NCBI GenBank assembly: GCA_026014815.1 | Contig: JAOZHP010000043.1 | Span: 11,931 to 75,930 of the forward strand | Direction: 5' to 3' | DNA length: 64,000 nt | Origin: Candidatus Bathyarchaeota archaeon | Lineage (GTDB): Archaea; Thermoproteota; Bathyarchaeia; TCS64 | Shown: piece by piece, positions 30,168 through 38,050 of the stretch | How positions within the stretch are numbered: the stretch's first letter is position 1 | How the letters are laid out: every line of letters begins with the position of its first letter | The notes under the pieces: model-generated | The model's input: the letters and a program-made list of their open reading frames with translations, nothing else | Told to the model about the DNA's origin: nothing | Databases searched by the model: none | Made by a program: the position numbers and the translations under genes

Positions 30168-30974
30168 TTGAAACCGATGGACAAAAGAAAATCCTTGATT
30201 GATAAAATAAAATCTGATTTAGAAGAATCTGGATATCCATTAGAAATCGAAGTTATGAAGGAATTATTGAAAAATAAATGGCTGGTGACTCCTCAGTACC
30301 ATTATAAAGATCCTATTGAGGGAAAGGAAAGAAGTGTAGATTTTCTATGTTTAAAAGGTGGTAATATTCAAGCAAAGGAATATGAGCGTTTTTACGTTAA
30401 TTTAATTATCGAATGTAAAAAACTCGAAGATAAGCAATGGGTTTTGTTTACTATGAATGACGCAATTGGACGAGAAAACCCTGAAGCCTATATCCAATTT
30501 GTGGCGAACTCAAGAGATTGGATGATGAATTTTGAAACCAGTCTCCAAATTGATAATCTTCATTACAATAAAGAAATCCCTGTTGCTCTGAATCACTATA
30601 TTCCCTTTAATAAGAAAGACTCTCTCTATGAGGCACTGAATCAATCGATAAATGGACTCTATAGTAAGAAAAAACAAGTGAATAAGGAGCTTCAAGAGCA
30701 CGATTTTCCTGTATGGAATGGTTACAATATGTTTGTTCCAATAATAGTCGCTGATTCCAATCTGTATCAATATAACATCGCATCAGATGAGATTTCAGAA
30801 GTCGATTTTTTATATTATCGAACTACTGGAATGGGTGAAATTGAAGACAGTTCTATTGTAGAGATAATGCGGAAAGACAAGTTGAACGATTATTTATCCA
30901 AACTAAATGAAACCATTGATCAAATATTGAAATTTATTGAGACCTATGAACCAAAAGATCCTAATACGGTTTAG
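30168..30974 (+). CDS. PD-(D/E)xK-like nuclease-fold protein with an uncharacterised C-terminal domain
   Basis: 268 aa. E26/E28 helix, D58 in RSVDFLC, and E82-x-K84 in NLIIECKK. The remaining roughly 170 aa carry no recognised motif. Confidence 0.5.
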   Translation: MKPMDKRKSLIDKIKSDLEESGYPLEIEVMKELLKNKWLVTPQYHYKDPIEGKERSVDFLCLKGGNIQAKEYERFYVNLIIECKKLEDKQWVLFTMNDAIGRENPEAYIQFVANSRDWMMNFETSLQIDNLHYNKEIPVALNHYIPFNKKDSLYEALNQSINGLYSKKKQVNKELQEHDFPVWNGYNMFVPIIVADSNLYQYNIASDEISEVDFLYYRTTGMGEIEDSSIVEIMRKDKLNDYLSKLNETIDQILKFIETYEPKDPNTV

Positions 30975-31049
30975 GTTTTTCATTCAAAGGTGTCATTCTT
31001 GCACTAGAATAAGACCAGAAAGATATTCTAAACCGTGAGGCAGTGGTAA

Positions 31050-31199
31050 AACCATCCCGTCCAATTATTGACCTTTCAAAGAGATGAATCTGACTTCAGA
31101 ATTTTATCAAAAACTATCCGAAAAACGTCGATAGATGAACTGAAAAGTAGCAGATATTTACGTCTGGAGAATGGTAGCCCGGAACCTATTCGAGTCTAG
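31050..31199 (+). pseudogene. remnant homologous to the C-terminus of ORF 38051..38401, ending in an att-like core
   Basis: Translation NHPVQLLTFQRDESDFRILSKTIRKTSIDELKSSRYLRLENGSPEPIRV aligns with PHRTIIGPSARQEQDYVILQKTIKKTLLEELRNSTYLSCDSGSPGEIRTPV (about 21/48 identical). Confidence 0.55.
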
Positions 31200-31214
31200 A
31201 TGCGTCAGAATACT
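31172..31214. repeat. att-like core tggtagcccgg plus 24-bp direct repeat copy A
   Basis: Core at 31172-31182. cgagtctagatgcgtcagaatact at 31191-31214 recurs at 32647-32670. Confidence 0.6.
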
Positions 31215-31260
31215 TCTTATTACATTAATTTTATTATAATCTATAAATAGGGATTGTGGA

Positions 31261-32655
31261 TTGATTCTTATGAAAAATCGTAGTTTGCTTTTTTTTCTTA
31301 TCTTTATTTCGCTTTTACCCAATGTTCCTGTATCTTCAACATCAATCACATTTAATCAAGTTGATAGTCCTTGGGATGTTAGTTTTCCTTGGGAGCCACT
31401 ATCTTTTAGTGTTGAAATTGTAGATGGTGAAAAAGAAGTATCTAATATAACATTATTATATACAACTGAACCTAAGGAGAATCTCAATTTTATTCACGTC
31501 CCAATGAACCTTGTAAAAGGAAATTCCTACTCAGGGCTTTGGAATTATTCATTAGACGGATTTGGGGCAAACACCAGTCTATATTATGCTTATCAAATAA
31601 ATTATACAAAGGGTTATTCTCAAAGTCCTGTCCCAGACCTTGAAAATGCATATCTAAGGAAAATATATTACCCTAAGAATACAATAATAAATGTAAATTC
31701 TTTTAGAATCATAGAGATTAATCCTATAAAATTAACTGCTGATATTGAAATAAATGTCCATATAATCACTGGATCAATTTTAGAAGAAATCAGCATACAA
31801 ATAGGAAATCGAGTAAGAGACGGATACTTATCATCACTTGAATACGTGAATATACCAGTCATTCAAGGATGGCGATATAATTATATTGATACAATCAAAG
31901 TAAATGATTTAAAATTAACTGGAAATGCTTTTGAATATCCCTTTGATGATTATTACTTAGATATTTTTCTAAGATCATATTATTATGATGCCTCTAAATT
32001 CATGATACCTGAATCTTCTGTGAATATTTATGAACCCAGTAATCATGTATGGTCTATGGAACCAACCAAATTAACTATCAAGGATAATGAGGTTAATGGT
32101 TATTTTCAAATAAGTAGGCTAGGTCAAAATTCTCGTTTTGTTTTATTCCCTCTTTTAATTTGTAGCTTCTTATTGGGGTCAAGTCTATTAATCGATAATA
32201 AATATGACCTGAGAATACGCATGAGTCTGTATATCTCATCGATTTTCTTTATGTTAAAAACTTCTAATGATATTAGAAATTATGTGCCAACAAGAACTTT
32301 AGGAATAAGTTTCGCTGAAAATGCATATTTATTTGTCTCAATTTTTTTCGGCATTTATATAATTTCTACTATACTCGGATATTATCTTTATAATATAAAA
32401 CAAAACGAAGCTTTTCCACGACAATTTGACTTAATATCAGTAATTTTGTCAACATTAATATTCATTTTTTATCCAATCCTAAATCTATATTCAACAAACT
32501 ACACTCTTTATAACATGATTCCCACTTTCTGGATGAGGATCTTATTCATTTTTTCAATATCTTGGGGATTAATGATCCAAAGATTAAAGGAAAATGTATC
32601 AAGTTTTCAAACAAAAATAACCGATTATATTATTCATGAATCCAATCGAGACTAG
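31261..32655 (+). CDS. secreted/membrane protein: N-terminal signal, extracytoplasmic domain of about 290 aa, C-terminal multi-TM region
   Basis: 464 aa. LLFFLIFISLLPNVPVSS signal-like N-terminus and at least 5 hydrophobic helices after aa 300. Confidence 0.55.
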   Translation: MILMKNRSLLFFLIFISLLPNVPVSSTSITFNQVDSPWDVSFPWEPLSFSVEIVDGEKEVSNITLLYTTEPKENLNFIHVPMNLVKGNSYSGLWNYSLDGFGANTSLYYAYQINYTKGYSQSPVPDLENAYLRKIYYPKNTIINVNSFRIIEINPIKLTADIEINVHIITGSILEEISIQIGNRVRDGYLSSLEYVNIPVIQGWRYNYIDTIKVNDLKLTGNAFEYPFDDYYLDIFLRSYYYDASKFMIPESSVNIYEPSNHVWSMEPTKLTIKDNEVNGYFQISRLGQNSRFVLFPLLICSFLLGSSLLIDNKYDLRIRMSLYISSIFFMLKTSNDIRNYVPTRTLGISFAENAYLFVSIFFGIYIISTILGYYLYNIKQNEAFPRQFDLISVILSTLIFIFYPILNLYSTNYTLYNMIPTFWMRILFIFSISWGLMIQRLKENVSSFQTKITDYIIHESNRD

Positions 32656-32670
32656 ATGCGTTAGAATACT
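32647..32670. repeat. 24-bp direct repeat copy B
   Basis: cgagactagatgcgttagaatact (22/24 match to 31191-31214). Overlaps the stop codon of ORF 31261..32655. Confidence 0.55.
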
Positions 32671-32712
32671 ATGAATAAAAATGTTTAATATATTGATTTA
32701 TTGATTTTTTTC

Positions 32713-33318
32713 TCATGGTTTTTGGTTGTCTTTATAATTTTCCTTGAATAGCTTATTAAATTCGTCAAGTTGATTATTTGATTGTTGGTTACTCCATAAG
32801 ATCATTGGAAGTATGAGTATGGTTAATTGAATTGCTAGAGTAACCCCAAGCATGTTATCTGGTAATTTATTTAATTCAAAAAGGGCTGTAGCCATAGAGC
32901 CGATGACTAGATAACCGAGTCCTAATATGGCTACCGTCACATCATTTTTTTCTATTCCCCTTTGAAATGTTTTTGATAGATCAGATGCCCAGCTTTCCGA
33001 TACAGGTTCTTTATTTTCTAATAATCGATTGATCTCGAATCGAATTATTTGGCTTTCATAGTAATAGCTCATTCTCCAAAAATGACCTGCAACAACTGAC
33101 ATTGCTAGATAGGAACCAATGCCTAGGAGAGCTGGGAAATAATTGTAAGAAAGCTCTTTTTCTAAGATCAATCCTGCAGCAGTAAATAAGAAAGCAAAAG
33201 CTGCTTTGCCATAAGTCATGTCTCTATTGATTCCACGGTTTTGATTTAATGTGATTTCGTAAAGAGAGATTAGAGTGTCTTTAACGTCCTTAGTATCCAT
33301 AATGATATTGAGATACAA
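32713..33318 (-). CDS. 4-TM membrane protein (two helical hairpins separated by an amphipathic segment)
   Basis: 201 aa. TM hairpin AAFAFLFTAAGLIL / FPALLGIGSYLAMSVVAGHFW, then VTVAILGLGYLVIGSMATALF / LGVTLAIQLTILILPMILW. Confidence 0.55.
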   Translation of the reverse strand: MYLNIIMDTKDVKDTLISLYEITLNQNRGINRDMTYGKAAFAFLFTAAGLILEKELSYNYFPALLGIGSYLAMSVVAGHFWRMSYYYESQIIRFEINRLLENKEPVSESWASDLSKTFQRGIEKNDVTVAILGLGYLVIGSMATALFELNKLPDNMLGVTLAIQLTILILPMILWSNQQSNNQLDEFNKLFKENYKDNQKP

Positions 33319-33368
33319 AATTATAAATAAATTTAGTTAATTATTCAGTATATAATTGCATATAGTAA

Positions 33369-33379
33369 ATGGTAGCCCG
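33369..33379. repeat. att-like core tggtagcccgg
   Basis: aatggtagcccggaa is identical over 15 nt to the copy at 31170. Lies between the TIR and 4-TM genes. Confidence 0.55.
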
Positions 33380-33414
33380 GAAGAGATCGAATACTTCGTT
33401 TAATTTTACCGGTT

Positions 33415-34242
33415 TTATGAGAATGTTTTATTGATCTCTTCAGCGATGAGATCGAAATCAAGTGGTGTAGATACGGGTAGTCCTTGAATGTACTCAAGTA
33501 TTCCTGGGATTTTTTTCATCATCAATATGGGATAGATTGGCACATTTTTCGCTATGGCGTATCCACATTCTTGGTGAGGCCAAGCTCGCATTCTGAAATT
33601 CTTTGTTACCCATGCTACTAAACCAATGCATTCATCAAGTCTCTGGATGATCTCGTCCTTCCATTCCTCGCCTATATCGATTGTATCGTGGGCTCTAAAT
33701 ACTCTGTAATTATATTTTTCCTCTAGAATGTCACATAATTTGCCTACATCTTTTTTATCTTTATTAGCATAACTCATGAATATTAAATTACTATTTTGTG
33801 GTGATTTCTTTAGTGATAAATAATCAGTATAAACATCTAAATTTTGTTCATTGAAACTATAATCTTTACCGCTCAATAGGTTTTCTATATCTTTAATATA
33901 ATTCTCTACGTCACTTAGGGGACCATGTTGTTTTAATTCTTCTTCTAGAAGTAACTTATGGACTTTTAAGCTGCCCCCTATTATCTCTAACACTGTATCT
34001 AATTCTCTTTTTCTTATTCTATGAAAACTCCATTTTTCTGTTTGAAAATATGTTGACTCAACATAATTTAATCCGTTTATTAATTCACGCCTCTTTTTTT
34101 CGAGTGCCTGTTGCACTATGCCTGTTGTGATGCTCTGTTTTAACTCGAAATATTCGTTAATTTTATTCTTGGTTTCTTTGATGGCGTTATGCATGATTGT
34201 GCGATTGGGTTCCCTGAAATTCAGATTCCAATAGTTAGACAT
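33415..34242 (-). CDS. TIR-domain protein with an N-terminal helical domain
   Basis: 275 aa. C-terminal LIFMSYANKDKKDVGKLCDILEE...FRAHDTIDIGEEWKDEI...VAWVTKNFRMRAWPHQECGYA matches the bacterial TIR pattern (F-x-S-Y start, W-x-x-x-E catalytic Glu region). Confidence 0.65.
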   Translation of the reverse strand: MSNYWNLNFREPNRTIMHNAIKETKNKINEYFELKQSITTGIVQQALEKKRRELINGLNYVESTYFQTEKWSFHRIRKRELDTVLEIIGGSLKVHKLLLEEELKQHGPLSDVENYIKDIENLLSGKDYSFNEQNLDVYTDYLSLKKSPQNSNLIFMSYANKDKKDVGKLCDILEEKYNYRVFRAHDTIDIGEEWKDEIIQRLDECIGLVAWVTKNFRMRAWPHQECGYAIAKNVPIYPILMMKKIPGILEYIQGLPVSTPLDFDLIAEEINKTFS

Positions 34243-34569
34243 CTCAATTTCCTTGATGTTTTATGTTCTATTTAAAATTAATATTTATGATAAAGGGAAA
34301 CTTACATCTGCATTTTCGGCAAAGGCTACTATACTTTAGAGATCACAACACTGGAAGCTGAATGGGTGATAGTTGGAATAAGCCAACTAGTGCCTAAATA
34401 AAACCCACAAACAGAATGGAATCAGACATAAAATTCGTCTTTGTGTCGAGTTGCAAATGCTCCGAGGATCATCGCCGCGAATATTAAGAGCCAACCCAAA
34501 AAACTATCGTACAGGAAGCCGCCGGCTAGAGCCATAATTACGGAGAGTACTCCTAGGGGCCGTTGAGAA

Positions 34570-34657
34570 TGGTAGCCCGGGTGATATTGGGGTCTAGGTA
34601 CTAATCTAGCTGGTTTCAGCTCTCAATTTCCTTTCTTCTACAGCAATTCTAGGAGGT
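34570..34657. repeat. att-like core plus the conserved Rep-upstream block, copy 2
   Basis: tggtagcccgggtgatattggggtctaggtactaatctagctggtttcagctctcaatttcc is collinear with 26895-26993. Confidence 0.65.
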
Positions 34658-35003
34658 ATGTTTGCCCATGTTATGTCAAATCATGTTCCCAAGCCTAGAT
34701 TTGGATACTATGGAGCATTTCTAAGCTATGAAATGCCAGACCTAGATGCAATAATAGAGGCTTTCATTTACTGGTCTAACTTCATAGAATACTTGGTATT
34801 CAGAAAAGAAAATATCCACACCTATGAAAAAACATACAAAGTGGAAGGCCGCCAAACGTGGGAATGATGTTAATATTTGGAAACTGAAAAATCGATTACG
34901 TCACCTGAATAAACCGCCCCAGATCGAGTTCTTCAATTTTAAAGATCGCAGTAAAATTCAAAGGACTAGGGCGGTGTTTATGACATTGACTTTTTTTCAA
35001 TAA
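34658..35003 (+). pseudogene. rep: 5' remnant of a second HUH Rep copy (frameshifted, truncated just after motif I)
   Basis: YWSNFIEYLVFRKENIHTYEKTYK, then after a 2-nt deletion KAAKRGNDV...PQIEFFNFKDRSKIQRTRAVFMTLTFFQ and a stop. Homologous to 26994-27325. Confidence 0.65.
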
Positions 35004-35032
35004 AGCATTATTTTCTGACTAAGTTTGTGGAT

Positions 35033-35839
35033 TTAGGGTACTAGTGTTAAGGTTATTACGGTTTTATCCCAATAAGGTTCTCCGATTTCAACATTCATTA
35101 TTTTATCGGATTGTGGTTCAACGAAGATCAGACCTGAATCTGTTGTTTCGAAGGCAATAATTGCGTGACCTGGACCGCCTGGGAATTCCATGGTTACAAA
35201 GAAACATCGGTACCCGTTTTCGAAAGCGTTTTGTTTCACAATTGCTGCAAAATCATCACAATCAAAATACATTTCTTCGTATTGTAGTTGGTCGGTTTTG
35301 TCTTTTCTAAGGAATTCTTTCATTTCGGCGTAAGTGGGGTCTCGTATTTGCCACCCAGTTGTTGAGAATCCTTCGGTAAAGCCAGTGTCATATCCAGAAT
35401 CGTAACCAGAATCATAGCCAGTTTCTTCTCCTATATGGTATCCTTCAATGTAACCTGATTCGGTTCCGACATCATATCCAATAACGTATCCTGTTTGGTT
35501 TCCAAAAGTCCAGCCAACGTCCCAGCCGTAGTTTTTTCCATCAGAGTATCCTGCTTCATAACCTTCTATTTTTCCTGTGTCTGTTCCTTCTAACAGCCCT
35601 TTCTCATATCCAAGAGAGTATCCCAGATCGATACCTACTTGTTTACCAGTATATTGACCTGCTAAAAAACCAATAATTGAAAAAACGATTATAGCAATGA
35701 TTGTAACTTTGTATGATTTGGTTGGTTTATCGTCGTTGTTTTTAATTTCACGATATGATTTTTTATATTTATTATTTTTAAAGAAATTTGTAATTGAATT
35801 GATATTATTTGCTTCTTTTTGAGGGAGATTGATCTCCAT
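35033..35839 (-). CDS. membrane-anchored transglutaminase-like cysteine protease with a GY-repeat linker
   Basis: 268 aa. TM VTIIAIIVFSIIGFLAG, roughly 95 aa of (G/E/D)xGY repeats, and C-terminal FDCDDFAA...GPGHAIIAF...VEPQSD (Cys-His-Asp pattern). Confidence 0.55.
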   Translation of the reverse strand: MEINLPQKEANNINSITNFFKNNKYKKSYREIKNNDDKPTKSYKVTIIAIIVFSIIGFLAGQYTGKQVGIDLGYSLGYEKGLLEGTDTGKIEGYEAGYSDGKNYGWDVGWTFGNQTGYVIGYDVGTESGYIEGYHIGEETGYDSGYDSGYDTGFTEGFSTTGWQIRDPTYAEMKEFLRKDKTDQLQYEEMYFDCDDFAAIVKQNAFENGYRCFFVTMEFPGGPGHAIIAFETTDSGLIFVEPQSDKIMNVEIGEPYWDKTVITLTLVP

Positions 35840-35958
35840 TTTCGTTCATTCTCATCAAGAGTGTTTAATGTTATAGCTTTTTGAGAGCGGGGGTATGTAT
35901 CTGAACTCCATAATGTGTATAATTAATTGAAACTTTATTGACTTGTCAGTGAATCAAT

Positions 35959-36807
35959 TTGATGATGAGAGATGCGAAAGTTGGTAGTATTATCGCAACG
36001 TTGTTTGGTGGCTGTTTTTTAATAGCTATTTGTTTTGTCGTTATTTTTTATCCTCCTCAATTTTTCGGTATGGATCTTTTCACGCCTTCAAGTGGAAACA
36101 ATATTGCATCCGATCAAACGATTGAACCTGAACCTGTGGTAGAATCTTCTATTGAAGAAAGTGTTGAAGAAGAAAACGCAATCGATATTGAAGAAATTGA
36201 TTTTGTAAGTATAGAAGAGGCAATTACTGATTTAGAAAAATCAGGGTGTGTTATTACAGAAGTTGATGATTTATCGGGTTATCCTGATAGTAGGATTTTT
36301 TTAGAGTATGATGAGTTCAAAAAAATTGCTGTTAAGGAGGAAATTGTATTTTTATTAACAGTTGAAGAGCATAGTGTTTTGTTTATCCCATATGAAAATT
36401 CGCATATTACTTGGTTCCCAGATGAACCAGCTGACGAGGAATCCGATAAAACTCCAGCTGAAAGATTGGTGATTCAGACTGGATATGGTACTTATGATAG
36501 TGAATCCACATCATGGCTTATCACATTAAAAGTAAAAAACGAGGGAAATTCGGATGTAGTAATCAAATCAGCATTTCTAAATGACATCCCCTGTGAAATT
36601 TTAAAATATGGTATAGATTCTGTTCCTATTGATAATTGGGGTACAAGTTTTCCCAGTACGGGAATTCCACTGGAAAGTGGGAAAACAGTTAATGTTTATT
36701 ATTATATCGATGTTGGGTATGCATCATTTACATCAGGCACAACAATAAATACAAAATTGACAAGTGAAAGGGGAACAGTAATTATCAAGTTAATACGTTT
36801 ACCCTAA
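35959..36807 (+). CDS. membrane-anchored protein with an acidic linker and a beta-rich C-terminal domain
   Basis: 282 aa. TM IIATLFGGCFLIAICFVVIFY, a Glu-rich linker, and a C-terminal ...WLITLKVKNEGNSDVVIKSAFLND... Ig-like strand pattern. Confidence 0.5.
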   Translation: MMMRDAKVGSIIATLFGGCFLIAICFVVIFYPPQFFGMDLFTPSSGNNIASDQTIEPEPVVESSIEESVEEENAIDIEEIDFVSIEEAITDLEKSGCVITEVDDLSGYPDSRIFLEYDEFKKIAVKEEIVFLLTVEEHSVLFIPYENSHITWFPDEPADEESDKTPAERLVIQTGYGTYDSESTSWLITLKVKNEGNSDVVIKSAFLNDIPCEILKYGIDSVPIDNWGTSFPSTGIPLESGKTVNVYYYIDVGYASFTSGTTINTKLTSERGTVIIKLIRLP

Positions 36808-36878
36808 ATCTATTTTTGTGTTTTTATGAGGTTGGTAGGGTAGATACTTAGTACGAGAAGATTCTAATGCATAATTAT

Positions 36879-37046
36879 CAAGTGGATCTTGAAGGTGAAT
36901 CGATATACAAGTGGTATCTTATCGGGTTCAGGTCTGACCTGAACGGAACATATGAATCATGGAGTGTGGATTTGTCTTATAAGGAATTTTGGTGTATTCG
37001 TTCATCCGAATATTTTACATTCAACAAATCAATTTTTTCGGATTAG
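36879..37046 (+). pseudogene. rep: 3' remnant of the second Rep copy
   Basis: QVDLEGESIYKWYLIGFRSDLNGTYESWSVDLSYKEFWCIRSSEYFTFNKSIFSD aligns with 27785-27943 of copy 1. Confidence 0.6.
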
Positions 37047-37128
37047 TATAACATATGAAATTCAACTAATGTGAGATGTACAAAAAAGTACCAATAAATT
37101 CTTTTACTAACTCACTGATTTTAACATT

Positions 37129-37707
37129 ATGAGCGTTGAGATTCCACCACAACTATTCGATAATTTAGCGAAAGGTGAAGAAGTAAAAAGGACCTTGAAA
37201 ACTAGAAGCCTCTTGAACATACCAGAATTCACTTTTTTAACAGATAGGAGAGTGATATATTACAATCAAAAAATATTGGGACGTTTCGATTTAATTGACA
37301 TCCCTTATTCCCGACTGTCTGGTATGAAAGCAGAACGAGGAATGATAGCTTATGGTACGATGTCATTTACAAGTGAGGATGGTGACGAGATATCATTAAA
37401 ACGAATACCAAAGGACGAGATTGAGAATTTTGTTATGGCGTTAGAAGTTGCTATCAATAATGTTGCAGTGGAAGCTATCAGAATTAAACGTAAAAAAGGA
37501 CTTGCAGGAAAAATGATCTGGGAATTTAATAAAAGTGCTGAAATGATATTCAAGTCAAGACCTCCAGAAAGTAATGCTTTATCGTATCAATCACAAGGAC
37601 AACAAAATCAGAATGCTGATCCTCTTAACGAGTTAAAACTGAGGTTAGCGCGGGGAGAAATCACAGTGGAAGAATATCTTGAAATGGAAAAAATATTCAA
37701 AGCTTAA
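37129..37707 (+). CDS. bacterial-type PH (DUF304-like) domain protein with a C-terminal SHOCT motif
   Basis: 192 aa. FTFLTDRRVIYYNQKILGRFDLIDIPYSRLSGM (bPH pattern). C-terminal LNELKLRLARGEITVEEYLEMEKIF (SHOCT pattern). Confidence 0.6.
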   Translation: MSVEIPPQLFDNLAKGEEVKRTLKTRSLLNIPEFTFLTDRRVIYYNQKILGRFDLIDIPYSRLSGMKAERGMIAYGTMSFTSEDGDEISLKRIPKDEIENFVMALEVAINNVAVEAIRIKRKKGLAGKMIWEFNKSAEMIFKSRPPESNALSYQSQGQQNQNADPLNELKLRLARGEITVEEYLEMEKIFKA

Positions 37708-37717
37708 TGATTTCATT

Positions 37718-38032
37718 ATGAATTTCAATTTTCTGAATGCGATATTGCTAGGAATTCCGGTAACAGCGATAGTACTTTGGATTGTAGTCCAATATTTTCC
37801 AGGATATAGTAAAATTAGTATAACTAATTCATTTTATGTTGCTTCAGTATCCTTTTTATCAAACCTTTTTTTAGATCTTTTCAATATCGCGTTATCCCAA
37901 ATTTTCACCATTTTTATTATGGGTTATATGTTGAAACAAAATTCGAGATTGGATTGGGTTAGAGCATTGTTTATTTCCGTTATTGTGTTTTTTATTTCGT
38001 CTTTTTTCATTGTGATATCAGCGTTTATTTGA
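37718..38032 (+). CDS. small 3-TM membrane protein
   Basis: The ATG at 37718 lies in frame within track ORF 37679..38032. Hydrophobic throughout. Confidence 0.45.
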   Translation: MNFNFLNAILLGIPVTAIVLWIVVQYFPGYSKISITNSFYVASVSFLSNLFLDLFNIALSQIFTIFIMGYMLKQNSRLDWVRALFISVIVFFISSFFIVISAFI

Positions 38033-38050
38033 TGGTCATACATTGCGTGC

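Noticed and set aside
29869-30240. A 123-aa minus-strand ORF spanning the OLD / PD-(D/E)xK intergenic region.
   Set aside because: It overlaps both flanking genes antisense. Its Ile/Phe/Tyr-rich composition is typical of a random ORF in AT-rich DNA.
8485-32655. Global reassignment of TAG (for example to pyrrolysine, or code 15-like) as the explanation for the in-frame TAGs.
   Set aside because: TAG is the terminator of at least eight confident genes in this window, with no plausible conserved extensions. Only context-dependent read-through, suppression or pseudogenisation remain open.
34422-34535. A 37-aa hydrophobic minus-strand ORF (MALAGGFLYDSFLGWLLIFAAMILGAFATRHKDEFYV) in a locally GC-richer patch next to the TIR gene.
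   Set aside because: It is too short to support without homologs or expression data. It is noted only as a possible small membrane peptide.
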